Shown: positions 37,596 through 48,317 of the stretch, piece after piece
Position numbering within the stretch: the stretch's first letter is position 1
How the letters are laid out: every line of letters begins with the position of its first letter
Source: Campylobacterales bacterium
GTDB taxonomy: Bacteria; Campylobacterota; Campylobacteria; Campylobacterales; Sulfurimonadaceae
Assembly (NCBI GenBank): GCA_026390135.1
Contig: JAPLGN010000041.1
Coordinates: 13,969-77,968 of the forward strand
DNA: 64,000 nt
Reading direction: 5' to 3'
Notes under the pieces: model-generated
Told to the model about the DNA's origin: nothing
Databases searched by the model: none
The model's input: the letters and a program-made list of their open reading frames with translations, nothing else
Translations under genes and position numbers: made by a program

Positions 37596-38203
37596 TCACT
37601 GCCACCTTTTAACATCCCATAAAGAACTGAAACAATTTTATCAACTCCCTTACGCTTACTGTTTGAAATCATCAATGCATCCGGAAATCGATTTTTCAGT
37701 ACTGAAAGTTCTTTTTGATTAAGCTTGTCAATCTTGGTATACACTTGAAGGATATGCTGGTCTTCCGTACAAATCTCACTGAGATACTGAGCAACAGAAG
37801 CATCAATCTCCAAATCAGGATGACGGCAATCGATCAGATGAACAAATACGCGTATCTGCTTACGTTCCGAGATAAAGTTTGTCAGATTGCTTTCCCAATC
37901 ACTTTTTAAACTTTTAGCTACTTTGGCATATCCAAATCCAGGAAGATCGACCAATATAGCACTACTTTTTTCTCCAGATTCTCGATCCATAAAAATAACA
38001 TCAAAATAGTTAATCAGACGTGTTTTACCCGGGGTTGAAGAGACTTTTGCAAGTGATTTACGCTGCGTAAGCGTATTAAGCAGCGAACTCTTACCTGTAT
38101 TGGAACGTGCCATGAAGGCTATTTCATTTTGAAGATCATTTTCTGGAGCCAAACGTATAGTTGGCGCAGAAGTAAGAAAGGCTGATTCGATAATTTCAAT
38201 CAT
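37592..38203 (-). CDS. engB: Ribosome biogenesis GTPase YihA/EngB
   Basis: RSNTGKSS, STPGKT, DLPGFG, TKID. Confidence 0.95.
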   Translation of the reverse strand: MIEIIESAFLTSAPTIRLAPENDLQNEIAFMARSNTGKSSLLNTLTQRKSLAKVSSTPGKTRLINYFDVIFMDRESGEKSSAILVDLPGFGYAKVAKSLKSDWESNLTNFISERKQIRVFVHLIDCRHPDLEIDASVAQYLSEICTEDQHILQVYTKIDKLNQKELSVLKNRFPDALMISNSKRKGVDKIVSVLYGMLKGGSE

Positions 38204-38691
38204 TTTTGACTACTTTTCTTGGTTGTATTTTTGTCTTCCAAAGTGAAAACCATCACGACAGGTTCACCCCCATTACTATCAGCACTCGCATGTCCGTGTA
38301 ATGTATTGAGCACTACTTTATCACCTTTTACACGACGATAATCATCGATACGAATAAGGTCAACTTTTTGATAAAACTGATATTCGTTTTCATTGGGCAG
38401 GTAGATGGCCCTTTGTGAAACACCACGATATTTTTCGCCCTTATCCGTCACAATGTAAAAAGAGACGCTGCCTTCCGCTATGTATTTAACAGGTTTGCGA
38501 GAAGCATCCGTATAAATTGTCACTTTTGTAGCATTAAGCTCATCCTGCCCTTTAGTTACTTTGACGTTTCCAGTAAAAGTAGATACACCTTGAGGCTGAT
38601 CGCCTTTAAAGTTATCTGAAATGACTTTTAACTCTTGGGCAGCGATTGATAATGTCAATAAAAATGTTAATAATGTTAATTTTTTAATCAT
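38200..38691 (-). CDS. lptA: LPS transport periplasmic protein
   Basis: Signal peptide, OstA-like FTGNVKVTKG; follows lptC. Confidence 0.88.
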   Translation of the reverse strand: MIKKLTLLTFLLTLSIAAQELKVISDNFKGDQPQGVSTFTGNVKVTKGQDELNATKVTIYTDASRKPVKYIAEGSVSFYIVTDKGEKYRGVSQRAIYLPNENEYQFYQKVDLIRIDDYRRVKGDKVVLNTLHGHASADSNGGEPVVMVFTLEDKNTTKKSSQK

Positions 38692-38699
38692 ATTTTCTC

Positions 38700-39209
38700 C
38701 TAATTAAGTTGATAACTGGCTTGGATTTTATCCGCAGAAACGGTATCAAGATTCAAATTATAGTAAAGACTTGTTCCCTGAATAATATTTTCATTTTTGG
38801 TAATAGTAAAGGCCCCATCTGTCATTATCAAAGAACGTGTTTGATCATACATCCCTTCGTCAGAGTGAAACTGAAGTCCATCAGAACGGACATAATGGAC
38901 TTTACCATCAAGATTAATTACATCATCTTTATACAATGCGTTATCAGCACGAATGGATTCAAGCAAAGGTTTTTCATTATTTGTAAATTTTGCTTCACTC
39001 ACTTCATACCGATCTGAAAATCGTTTTCCATGCTCACCTTCAAAAAAACGGTCAATTCTGTGAGGTGATATCTCATAAATTACAAATTTATCCAATTCAA
39101 ACTGAGGAACCTCTTTTGACGCTAATTGATCATGTTTTAGAGGCTTAAAATAACCGAACATTCCCACGAGAAGAGTCAAAATAAGGATGAAAAAGATATT
39201 GATCGACAT
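38700..39209 (-). CDS. lptC: LPS export protein LptC
   Basis: N-terminal TM, beta-jellyroll pattern; kdsC-lptC-lptA order. Confidence 0.82.
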   Translation of the reverse strand: MSINIFFILILTLLVGMFGYFKPLKHDQLASKEVPQFELDKFVIYEISPHRIDRFFEGEHGKRFSDRYEVSEAKFTNNEKPLLESIRADNALYKDDVINLDGKVHYVRSDGLQFHSDEGMYDQTRSLIMTDGAFTITKNENIIQGTSLYYNLNLDTVSADKIQASYQLN

Positions 39210-39701
39210 CTAAATCCAAAAACTCAAAAAGCGCTCTTCATCATTGTTTTCTTTGATGATAATTTCAATCATTTCACGAACGCATGCATCTCCTCCGACA
39301 CGATCTAGAACGTGTGCGATGGGCTTTATGTACTCCGATCCATCATTGGGAGTAAATGGACGACCTGACCACTGTAGAAGACGATAATCATTCAAATCAT
39401 CACCGATTACCGCAACCTCTTTAGGTAATATTCCAAGTTTACTGCACAACTCTTGTGCAACACCAAGCTTATCTTTTACCCCTTGATAAAAATGGGGGAT
39501 ATCAAGCTCACGAGCACGATTGGATACTATTAACGAATCACGACCTGTAATGATTGCTACATGATAGCCCATTTTAACGATTAACTTAATGGCAAAACCG
39601 TCTCTGACGTGGAAATTTTTAAGCTCAATTCCTTCGTTACTGTAGGTTATTTTTCCGTCACTCAAGCATCCGTCAACATCGAGGATTAACAATCGAATCA
39701 C
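39210..39701 (-). CDS. kdsC: KDO 8-phosphate phosphatase
   Basis: DVDGCLSDG, FHVRDG, GDDLND. Confidence 0.93.
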   Translation of the reverse strand: MIRLLILDVDGCLSDGKITYSNEGIELKNFHVRDGFAIKLIVKMGYHVAIITGRDSLIVSNRARELDIPHFYQGVKDKLGVAQELCSKLGILPKEVAVIGDDLNDYRLLQWSGRPFTPNDGSEYIKPIAHVLDRVGGDACVREMIEIIIKENNDEERFLSFWI

Positions 39702-40270
39702 AAAATACCTTTAGTGCTTGGAACGCCTGCTTGATGATTTTTGCTCAACGCACGACGTAAAGCAACGGCAAATGACTTAAATGCGGCTTCAATGATATGA
39801 TGTTTATTGTTTCCGCGCTGTTGAATGATATGGGCAGTAATACCGGCATTGAATATGACTGCACGAAAAAATTCTTCGGTCAATTCTGTATCAAACTGCC
39901 CTACTTTTCCCGCAACCTCTAACTCGCAAAGTAAAAAAGGACGGTTACTAAGATCAAGATCACAACTAACGCTCGCTTCATCCATAACAATAACTGCATT
40001 ACCGAAGCGCTCTACCCCTTGTATTGGATAGATAGCTTCACGTAATGCTTGTCCCAATACAATCCCAACGTCTTCAACACTGTGATGGTCATCAATATGT
40101 GTGTCACCAGTACAAGTAATGGTTAAATCCATCCACGCATGTTTAGCAAAACTTTCCAACATATGGTCTAAAAAACCAACACCCGTTGAAATAGTGCTTT
40201 TACCTTCACCTTTTACGTTAAGTGAAAGACGTATATCGGTCTCTTTGGTTTTACGTTCTTTTTGAATCAT
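39698..40270 (-). CDS. hisB: Imidazoleglycerol-phosphate dehydratase
   Basis: RKTKETDI, DDHHSVED, NKHHIIEA, PSTKG. Confidence 0.97.
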   Translation of the reverse strand: MIQKERKTKETDIRLSLNVKGEGKSTISTGVGFLDHMLESFAKHAWMDLTITCTGDTHIDDHHSVEDVGIVLGQALREAIYPIQGVERFGNAVIVMDEASVSCDLDLSNRPFLLCELEVAGKVGQFDTELTEEFFRAVIFNAGITAHIIQQRGNNKHHIIEAAFKSFAVALRRALSKNHQAGVPSTKGIL

Positions 40271-40271
40271 C

Positions 40272-41081
40272 TCATTCCCTTGTGATAAACTGCCCGCTAA
40301 AATAGTCTTTTGCTATAAAATCACGTGCTTCAGCTTCACTTCTAAACCCACGTAACCAAATACGGAATAATTTATCGTTATTATACTGTGAATCTTTAAT
40401 GATTGCAGAGTATCCATGAAAACTCGCGTATTTTTTTTGGGTTTCACGCGCTCCGTTGATATTTACAAATGCCCCTATCTGAACGGCGAAAGATGTTAAT
40501 ACTTCTTGTCGAGGTCCTGATGCAATTGCCGTATAATCAATGGACTTAATACCGGTAGGTTCAAAGCCTAGTACCTCTAAACGAACTTCTGAACTTCCAT
40601 TACCTACTAAATCAATCTCTTTGGCTGCTGCAAGTGATAAATCTATTATCCTGCTTTCAACAAATGGACCTCTATCGTTAATCCGAACAACTGTAGTACG
40701 GTTATTAACTAAATTAGTAACTCTCACAACGGTATTCATAGGCAATGTCTTGTGCGCAGCAGTCATCGCATACATGTCATATCCCTCACCGCTGCATGTT
40801 GGTTTACCATGAAAATCAGATCCATACCAGCTTGCACGTCCATTTGAAGTATCTCCAACATTTACAACAGTTGGGTAATACTCTTTACCAAAAACCGTAT
40901 AAGGTCGCATAGAGGCAACACTGTCTCCATTTTTCTTTTTTAATCCAGAAGGAACAGTATCTAAATTTTCGGATGGATATTTTTTGGAGGGCTTTGTACC
41001 TTGATACGGATAAGCACCTTTAAACGTAGTACATCCGCTTAAAGTAAGGATTAAAACTGTTAAAAATATTCTAATGAACAA
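40272..41081 (-). CDS. rlpA: Septal ring lytic transglycosylase RlpA (SPOR domain)
   Basis: Lipobox LSGC, ASWYG, TAAHKTLP, RINDRGPF, VQIGAF. Confidence 0.93.
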   Translation of the reverse strand: MFIRIFLTVLILTLSGCTTFKGAYPYQGTKPSKKYPSENLDTVPSGLKKKNGDSVASMRPYTVFGKEYYPTVVNVGDTSNGRASWYGSDFHGKPTCSGEGYDMYAMTAAHKTLPMNTVVRVTNLVNNRTTVVRINDRGPFVESRIIDLSLAAAKEIDLVGNGSSEVRLEVLGFEPTGIKSIDYTAIASGPRQEVLTSFAVQIGAFVNINGARETQKKYASFHGYSAIIKDSQYNNDKLFRIWLRGFRSEAEARDFIAKDYFSGQFITRE

Positions 41082-42285
41082 CTTTGTTTTCCTCTTTATC
41101 GTCTGTTTTTATAGGATCGAATGGATTTCTAATTTTTAGTTTATCAAAGTCAAAATTATACAATTTAGGTGCTGAAGGCGTGATTTTATCTTTAATTTGA
41201 GGTTCATTTTTGATAAATGAATTTATCATAGGTATTCTTACAATATAATTTTCTTTAAAATCCTCACGAACCCCTATAATATTTTCTCTCATGATACTGG
41301 TTTTGTCAATATTATAGCGTTTAGAGAGTGATGTTAATGTCTCTCCTGATTTAACTTTATGCATAACAAAATATTTTTTTAATTCCTTTGGTCGATATTT
41401 TTCTTCAAAAAGTGCAAGTTTCTCTTGTGGAATATAGACAGGGTAAGAATTTTGGCTTGGAGGAGTAATACCATGTTTAAGATGGGTATTTAACAACTTT
41501 AATTTTTGTTTCGGCATATCCAAAACTGCAGCAATGTTATCGATCTCTTCACCTTCAGGGAGATAAACGGTTGCTATCGGATTTTCAGATGCCACACCGA
41601 TAAGATGATCATACTGTATTTGCTCCAAAAAAACTTGGTCACTTGCCAATAACACAAGAGCAATAATAGTACGAATATAACGTCTGCTTTCTTGTGGAAT
41701 GTATCCCTTAGTGGGGTTAGCAAGAACATATAAGTCATTGCTGCCAGCTTTGCGTATGGCACTGGCTAATTTTCCATCACCACAATTATAAGCAATAATT
41801 GCAAGGTACCATCTACCAAATTGGCGATGCAATTGAGAGAGATAGCTAATAGCCGCTCGCGTAGATTTAATATGATCACGTCGTTCATCAACATATTGGT
41901 TAATGACTAAGCCATGCAGTTTTCCCGTTTTAGGCATAAACTGCCATAATCCACTTGCACCCTTTGATGACGTTGAAAGAGTATCAAGTCCCGATTCGGC
42001 TAAAACAATAAATAAAAACTCAGCAGGTAAATCTGATTGGGCAATCAAAGATGCGAGCATTGGGATGAAAATGTCAGCATTATCACTTGAATTGGCAAAA
42101 CCATTCAGTATGCAATCCCTCTTTCGCTCCACATATATATCATGAAGATAGGGATCATTTAAAAAAGACGGTGAAATATCAAAATGACTTAATACTTCGA
42201 TTTTTTTAGTATCGTTAGGATTAAATGCAAGCGCATATAAATATAAAGGGATGAAAGTGATAAGTAAAAACCAGCGCAATATCAC
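41071..42285 (-). CDS. mltD: MltD-like lytic transglycosylase with LysM
   Basis: AES, ASGLWQFM, AYNCG, LysM HKVKSGETL. Confidence 0.88.
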   Translation of the reverse strand: MILRWFLLITFIPLYLYALAFNPNDTKKIEVLSHFDISPSFLNDPYLHDIYVERKRDCILNGFANSSDNADIFIPMLASLIAQSDLPAEFLFIVLAESGLDTLSTSSKGASGLWQFMPKTGKLHGLVINQYVDERRDHIKSTRAAISYLSQLHRQFGRWYLAIIAYNCGDGKLASAIRKAGSNDLYVLANPTKGYIPQESRRYIRTIIALVLLASDQVFLEQIQYDHLIGVASENPIATVYLPEGEEIDNIAAVLDMPKQKLKLLNTHLKHGITPPSQNSYPVYIPQEKLALFEEKYRPKELKKYFVMHKVKSGETLTSLSKRYNIDKTSIMRENIIGVREDFKENYIVRIPMINSFIKNEPQIKDKITPSAPKLYNFDFDKLKIRNPFDPIKTDDKEENKVVH

Positions 42286-42331
42286 CTCCTACTCTTTAAG
42301 ATATAGTTATCTGTAAAAAAACATCATAACA

Positions 42332-43114
42332 CTAAATTATTAAATTTCCAAATAACCGTACAGCATTGTCCGTTGTTAATCTCTCAATTTCTTCTAAGGG
42401 AATATGTAAAATATCAGACATTTTTTGAGCGACTAAAGCGGTATAAGACGGCTCATTACGTGACCCTCTATAAGGATGAGGTGTTAAATATGGGCCATCC
42501 GTTTCAATCAAAAGCTTATTTTGCGGGATACGGGGAAGTATATTCACTAATTTTTTAGCATTTGAAAAAGTTAAAACTCCACCTATTCCAAAATAAAAAT
42601 TTTCATGGGCAAGACTGAGTAGTTCATCATCTGCATTATAACAGTGCAGCACTCCACCAACCTCGCCTGCACCTTCGGAGAGCAATATCATTTTTGAATC
42701 ATGACTCGCATCACGGATATGGACAATAAGTGGCTTTTTTACCTTTTTTGCAAAGCGTATTTGAAATCTAAAGGCTTCTTCTTGTCGCTTTTTTTCCGCT
42801 GATTTTTCCTCATCACTTCCATCAAGGCGATAGTAATCCATACCACACTCTCCGATGGCTACACATTTTGGATGAGCTGCGTAATGTTCAAAATCTAATC
42901 CCTCCAGCCCCTCTAAATCATACGGATGAACTCCTACTGCAAAATAAATATTTTCATACTGCTCACATAACTCAACGGCTCGTCTCAAAGTAGATGGATG
43001 TGCTCCTGGGACAATAAAACTTTTTACCCCACTACTCAAAGCTCGCTGTATCATTTCCTCAAAATCTTCACGGTATCGTTCATCATCGAGATGTATATGA
43101 GTGTCGATAATCAT
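42332..43114 (-). CDS. tatD: TatD family DNase
   Basis: IDTHIH, GVHP, IGECGMDY, ETDGPYLTP. Confidence 0.93.
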   Translation of the reverse strand: MIIDTHIHLDDERYREDFEEMIQRALSSGVKSFIVPGAHPSTLRRAVELCEQYENIYFAVGVHPYDLEGLEGLDFEHYAAHPKCVAIGECGMDYYRLDGSDEEKSAEKKRQEEAFRFQIRFAKKVKKPLIVHIRDASHDSKMILLSEGAGEVGGVLHCYNADDELLSLAHENFYFGIGGVLTFSNAKKLVNILPRIPQNKLLIETDGPYLTPHPYRGSRNEPSYTALVAQKMSDILHIPLEEIERLTTDNAVRLFGNLII

Positions 43115-44658
43115 TTGCTATACTCCATTCGGACTCGTTCGTATAATTCTTTTGCAAAACCTTTTGCTTCATTACTTACACCATCACCGCTGATAATACG
43201 TGCTATTTCATCAATACGTTCTTCATCACTTAGTTCACGAACACAACTTTCATCTTCCTTATATATTAAAAAATGCTGTTCCCCCATAGACGTCAATTGC
43301 GGCTGATGAGAGATAACAAAAATTTGATATTTGGTTGAAAGATGACGTAATACTTTGGCAACGCTCATAGACTCTTCGCCACTGAGATTGGCATCGATTT
43401 CATCAAGCATCAAGACCCCGCCTTGCTCATTCATACATTCTACTTTTAGTGCCAAAAGGGCAAGACGCAGTCGATTAAATTCACCTGAACTGAGCTTTTC
43501 AAGCTTCGTGCCCTCAAGTCCCAACATTACACGGTCGATCCCTAATAACGTATGCTCAATTTTTTCAATACTCAATGTCGCACTGCGCAAATAAAGCATA
43601 GAGAGGTAATCATTAAGCTTGTCACGAGTTATTTCAATTTTATATTGGCGCTTTAGAGAAAGTTCTTGTGCAAGAGAGGTTAATTCAATTTCAAGCTTAC
43701 TAATTTGTTGTACTAATTTACTTTTTGAATACTCTATGTTTTGATACGATTCAAGCTCAATAGCTTTTTGTTCTCGATATTTCAGTGCTTCTTCAATGCT
43801 TCCGTAGCGACGTTTTAGCTCAGACAAAAGCTCTATTCTGTCGAGAACAGATTCAATAGAAGTCTCTTCAAGCATCTCTAGTTTTTCCAATGAATTCTCA
43901 AAAACACCCCGTAACTCATTCATTGCATCGTCAAAAAAACTACTTTGCGTATCCAAAAGAGAGAGGGCATTGGAAACATGGTTTTCAAAACGAAAAATAT
44001 CTTCAGCGGCATGAATTGCTTCTTCAATTTTCTCTTTTTTTGAAAGCTGTTTTTTGATGATATTAAGTTCTACATCTTCTCCAATAATGGGCTTAATAGC
44101 ATCGATTTTAGCTATTTCATACGTGGCAAACTCTTTTAGTTCTATTAACTTTTTTTCTTGATCTTCTATTGATTTTAATTCATCGTTAAAAGATTTGTAT
44201 TCTAAAAAAATTTCTTTATGTTTTCTAACATTCGTATGATGCAGCTCATCATCGAGAGAAATCCGCTCATCCAATAGCCCAATCAAGGAGGCAGCCTCAA
44301 AATCTGAATAATCCTTCAGACTCAAATGGCGTAAATAACCTGAACTGATAGATTCCATTGACGATTTAGATGTACGTTGATTGTTGATAAAATAGGATGT
44401 TTTTTCTTTTTTGATATGGCGAAAAATATTGGTTGTTTCATTATCAATTCCATATTGTTCTTCATCGATTTGCCACGCTACTGAGGACTCACAGACGCTG
44501 GCATCAACGCTGTCTAATCCTACAGAAGCCAGGATGGAACGCATCAAAATAGATTTTCCGCTACCGCTTGGGCCTGTAAAAACAATTAACCCCGGTTTAA
44601 ATTCAAGCTCAGCTTCTTTAAAACTGAGAAATTCTTTGAGATAAAATCGTTCTATCAC
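43111..44658 (-). CDS. recN: DNA repair protein RecN
   Basis: GPSGSGKS, coiled coil, LSSGE, DEIDANLSG, SHQPQ. Confidence 0.92.
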   Translation of the reverse strand: MIERFYLKEFLSFKEAELEFKPGLIVFTGPSGSGKSILMRSILASVGLDSVDASVCESSVAWQIDEEQYGIDNETTNIFRHIKKEKTSYFINNQRTSKSSMESISSGYLRHLSLKDYSDFEAASLIGLLDERISLDDELHHTNVRKHKEIFLEYKSFNDELKSIEDQEKKLIELKEFATYEIAKIDAIKPIIGEDVELNIIKKQLSKKEKIEEAIHAAEDIFRFENHVSNALSLLDTQSSFFDDAMNELRGVFENSLEKLEMLEETSIESVLDRIELLSELKRRYGSIEEALKYREQKAIELESYQNIEYSKSKLVQQISKLEIELTSLAQELSLKRQYKIEITRDKLNDYLSMLYLRSATLSIEKIEHTLLGIDRVMLGLEGTKLEKLSSGEFNRLRLALLALKVECMNEQGGVLMLDEIDANLSGEESMSVAKVLRHLSTKYQIFVISHQPQLTSMGEQHFLIYKEDESCVRELSDEERIDEIARIISGDGVSNEAKGFAKELYERVRMEYSK

Positions 44659-45513
44659 CTATTTCCCCCAACCGAGTTTTTCTTTGAGCACTTCAAAATA
44701 GTTAAATTCTTTGCGATGAATGAGATGAGCACAACCACTTGCGAGTTTAATATGTACGGTATCACTGTCAGTAATTTCAACCATATCCTGACCATCTACA
44801 ATGACTAACGCACTGCTATCAGGAGTTTTTATTTCAATTTCATAATGTCCAGGAAGAACTACTGGGCGTTGAGTTAAAGAATGCGGACAAATAGGAGTTA
44901 GAACAAAAACACTTGTAAGCGGAAACAATACGGGCCCTCCGGCTGAAAGGTTATACGCGGTTGATCCAGTCGGAGTTGAGATAACTACACCATCACCGTA
45001 ATACATATTAAAAGCTTTTTCTTCAATATACGTTTCTAATCGAATCATTTTAGAGATAGACGGACGTGTTATAACAATGTCATTGAAAGCAACAACTTGA
45101 CTGACGCCATTTTTAGTCGTGATGGTTGCTTGAAGCATAGCACGCTCATCAATACGATACTCACCGGTAAAAAGCTTATCTACAAATGTTTCAAGCTCAC
45201 AAAAATCTAAATCCGCTAAAAAGCCTAATTTACCAGCATGAATACCCAAAACGGGGAGCTGAAAATCATATGAGCGGCGCACGGCAGAAATAAGAGTACC
45301 ATCCCCGCCTATGGTGACCAAAAAGTCGCAATTACGACATATCATTTCAAACGGCTGGCCCATGACATCAATCATTCCACCGCTAATATGATCTATATAA
45401 ACCTCAATACCTCGAGATTCAAAAATCCTTTTTGCTTCTAAGAACATCTCTTTAAGTTCAGGAGTTGAGGGTCGTAAAACGATACCTACACGTTTAAGAT
45501 TATCTAGTTTCAA
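44659..45513 (-). CDS. nadK: NAD(+) kinase
   Basis: GGDGT, GDGVVISTPTGSTAYNLSAGG. Confidence 0.96.
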   Translation of the reverse strand: MKLDNLKRVGIVLRPSTPELKEMFLEAKRIFESRGIEVYIDHISGGMIDVMGQPFEMICRNCDFLVTIGGDGTLISAVRRSYDFQLPVLGIHAGKLGFLADLDFCELETFVDKLFTGEYRIDERAMLQATITTKNGVSQVVAFNDIVITRPSISKMIRLETYIEEKAFNMYYGDGVVISTPTGSTAYNLSAGGPVLFPLTSVFVLTPICPHSLTQRPVVLPGHYEIEIKTPDSSALVIVDGQDMVEITDSDTVHIKLASGCAHLIHRKEFNYFEVLKEKLGWGK

Positions 45514-45645
45514 TGTTCATTCTCAATCATTTTATTTTTAATATGGACTTATTATAACGAAGTTTTTAAAATTGAAAAATTATGTGACATATTGCAATAT
45601 TTTTTATTTGTCGTTATTTAGATAAAATACGAAAAAATCAAATGA

Positions 45646-46773
<1,128 letters not shown>

Positions 46774-46834
46774 AAGATAAACGATCTAAATCCATTTACA
46801 GAATTAGCACTTTTCACCCTTAAAAATATACTTT

Positions 46835-47143
46835 TTAAGGTGTGTCATACTTCAAACTCATATTACTGCATCCGAGCATTTCTTTAGCGCGACATGCCTG
46901 TGCGTAGAGGGTTGAGGCTTTGTATTTGTTTTGAGCAACTCCTTCTCCATTTTCGTACATGGCACCAAGTTGAAAACATCCTTTTGCATTTCCTCCGTCA
47001 CACGCTTTCGTAAACGATGTAATAGCATCAGAGTACTTTTTCTGTTCTAAAGCTGTATTTCCCTCATTCAATGCATCTGCATAACATGCTGTCGTAATTC
47101 CTGCTATCATCAATAATGATGCTAAACTCAGTATCTTTTTCAT
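46835..47143 (-). CDS. Secreted Sel1-like (Hcp-type) repeat protein
   Basis: Signal peptide, KACDGGNAKGCFQLGAMYENGEGV. Confidence 0.88.
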   Translation of the reverse strand: MKKILSLASLLMIAGITTACYADALNEGNTALEQKKYSDAITSFTKACDGGNAKGCFQLGAMYENGEGVAQNKYKASTLYAQACRAKEMLGCSNMSLKYDTP

Positions 47144-47199
47144 AATTTGATTTCCTTTTTTATATGATGTCTTGAAAATTTGAAATGACCTTTTACTGA

Positions 47200-48105
47200 T
47201 TACATTGTAAGGGCACTCCTTTGGATGGATTTAGTCGGGATAATACTCACGGAACAAGTCATACCCGCAGAAAGTGTCAAACCAGCCGGAACTTCGTCTA
47301 TATGGATACGTACGGGTATACGCTGAGCGAGACGAACCCAGGTGAAAATCGGATTGACGTTTGCCAAAAGTCTTCCGTCTGTGGTATTGTCACGGTCGGA
47401 AATTCCTCTGGCAATGCTTTCAACATGGCCTTTTACGGTATATTTCGTTCCCAGCATTTTCATTTCGGCTAAATCACCCATATAAATCAATGATAGTTTA
47501 TGCTCTTCAAAATACCCATATACCCAGAATGAACCGCTCGTAATAAGTGCTAAACGTTTTTCACCCGCCTGTACATAGTCCCCCTTACGAAACAGAAGGT
47601 TTGATATCCAGCCGTCCGTCGGCGCACGAACAGTCGAACGTTCCAAATCGAGTTTTGCCGTCTCGACCTGTGCCATCGCCTCCTCATATTTTGCATATGC
47701 AATTTGGGCATCATAGAACGCATCATCACGATTTTCAGCGGAGATAATGTCATCATCTGCCGCGTTGCGTCGTGCCGATTGATGTTTCTTCCTCTCATAT
47801 TCGGCTTTGCGTGTTTGTGCTATGGCATGCGCTACGTGCAGCGCATGCTGAAAGCGGACTTCATCTATTTGAAACAGAATATCGCCCTGATGCACTTCCT
47901 GATTGTCCTTGATACCGATATCACTAACCAAACCGCTGACATCGGGTGCGATCATGACGACATCGGCACGAACGCGACCATCACGTGTCCAGGGTGAATT
48001 CATATAGTTATGCCACAGCATCAGCCCTAAAAAGACGGCTAATGAAACAACCAAAAAGGTAATTAAAAATCGGATAAGCTTTGTTCGTTTGTTATTCTTG
48101 TTCAT
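47200..48105 (-). CDS. HlyD/AaeA-like membrane fusion protein
   Basis: PWTRDGRVRA, APDVSG, WVRLAQRIPVRI; RBS before ATG 48105. Confidence 0.93.
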   Translation of the reverse strand: MNKNNKRTKLIRFLITFLVVSLAVFLGLMLWHNYMNSPWTRDGRVRADVVMIAPDVSGLVSDIGIKDNQEVHQGDILFQIDEVRFQHALHVAHAIAQTRKAEYERKKHQSARRNAADDDIISAENRDDAFYDAQIAYAKYEEAMAQVETAKLDLERSTVRAPTDGWISNLLFRKGDYVQAGEKRLALITSGSFWVYGYFEEHKLSLIYMGDLAEMKMLGTKYTVKGHVESIARGISDRDNTTDGRLLANVNPIFTWVRLAQRIPVRIHIDEVPAGLTLSAGMTCSVSIIPTKSIQRSALTM

Positions 48106-48116
48106 AGTATTTTCCT

Positions 48117-48317
48117 TTAACGATAAATCAATAGACAGGGAATGGTAAAAATGCAGACAAATACGGCTGTCCGAAACAACCCTGGATGCCATACATACGT
48201 GTAAAAACCGGTATCAGACATGACTCGATCGACCAAAATCTGTAACACGGCACTGAGTGCAAAAATCGGTAAAAGGGTCGGCATTTGGATACCGAACAAC
48301 GTGATGTCTAGCGGCAT
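48117..48317 (-). CDS. DUF1656 / AaeX-like small membrane protein
   Basis: VWHPGLF motif; between FUSC and MFP genes. Confidence 0.88.
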   Translation of the reverse strand: MPLDITLFGIQMPTLLPIFALSAVLQILVDRVMSDTGFYTYVWHPGLFRTAVFVCIFTIPCLLIYR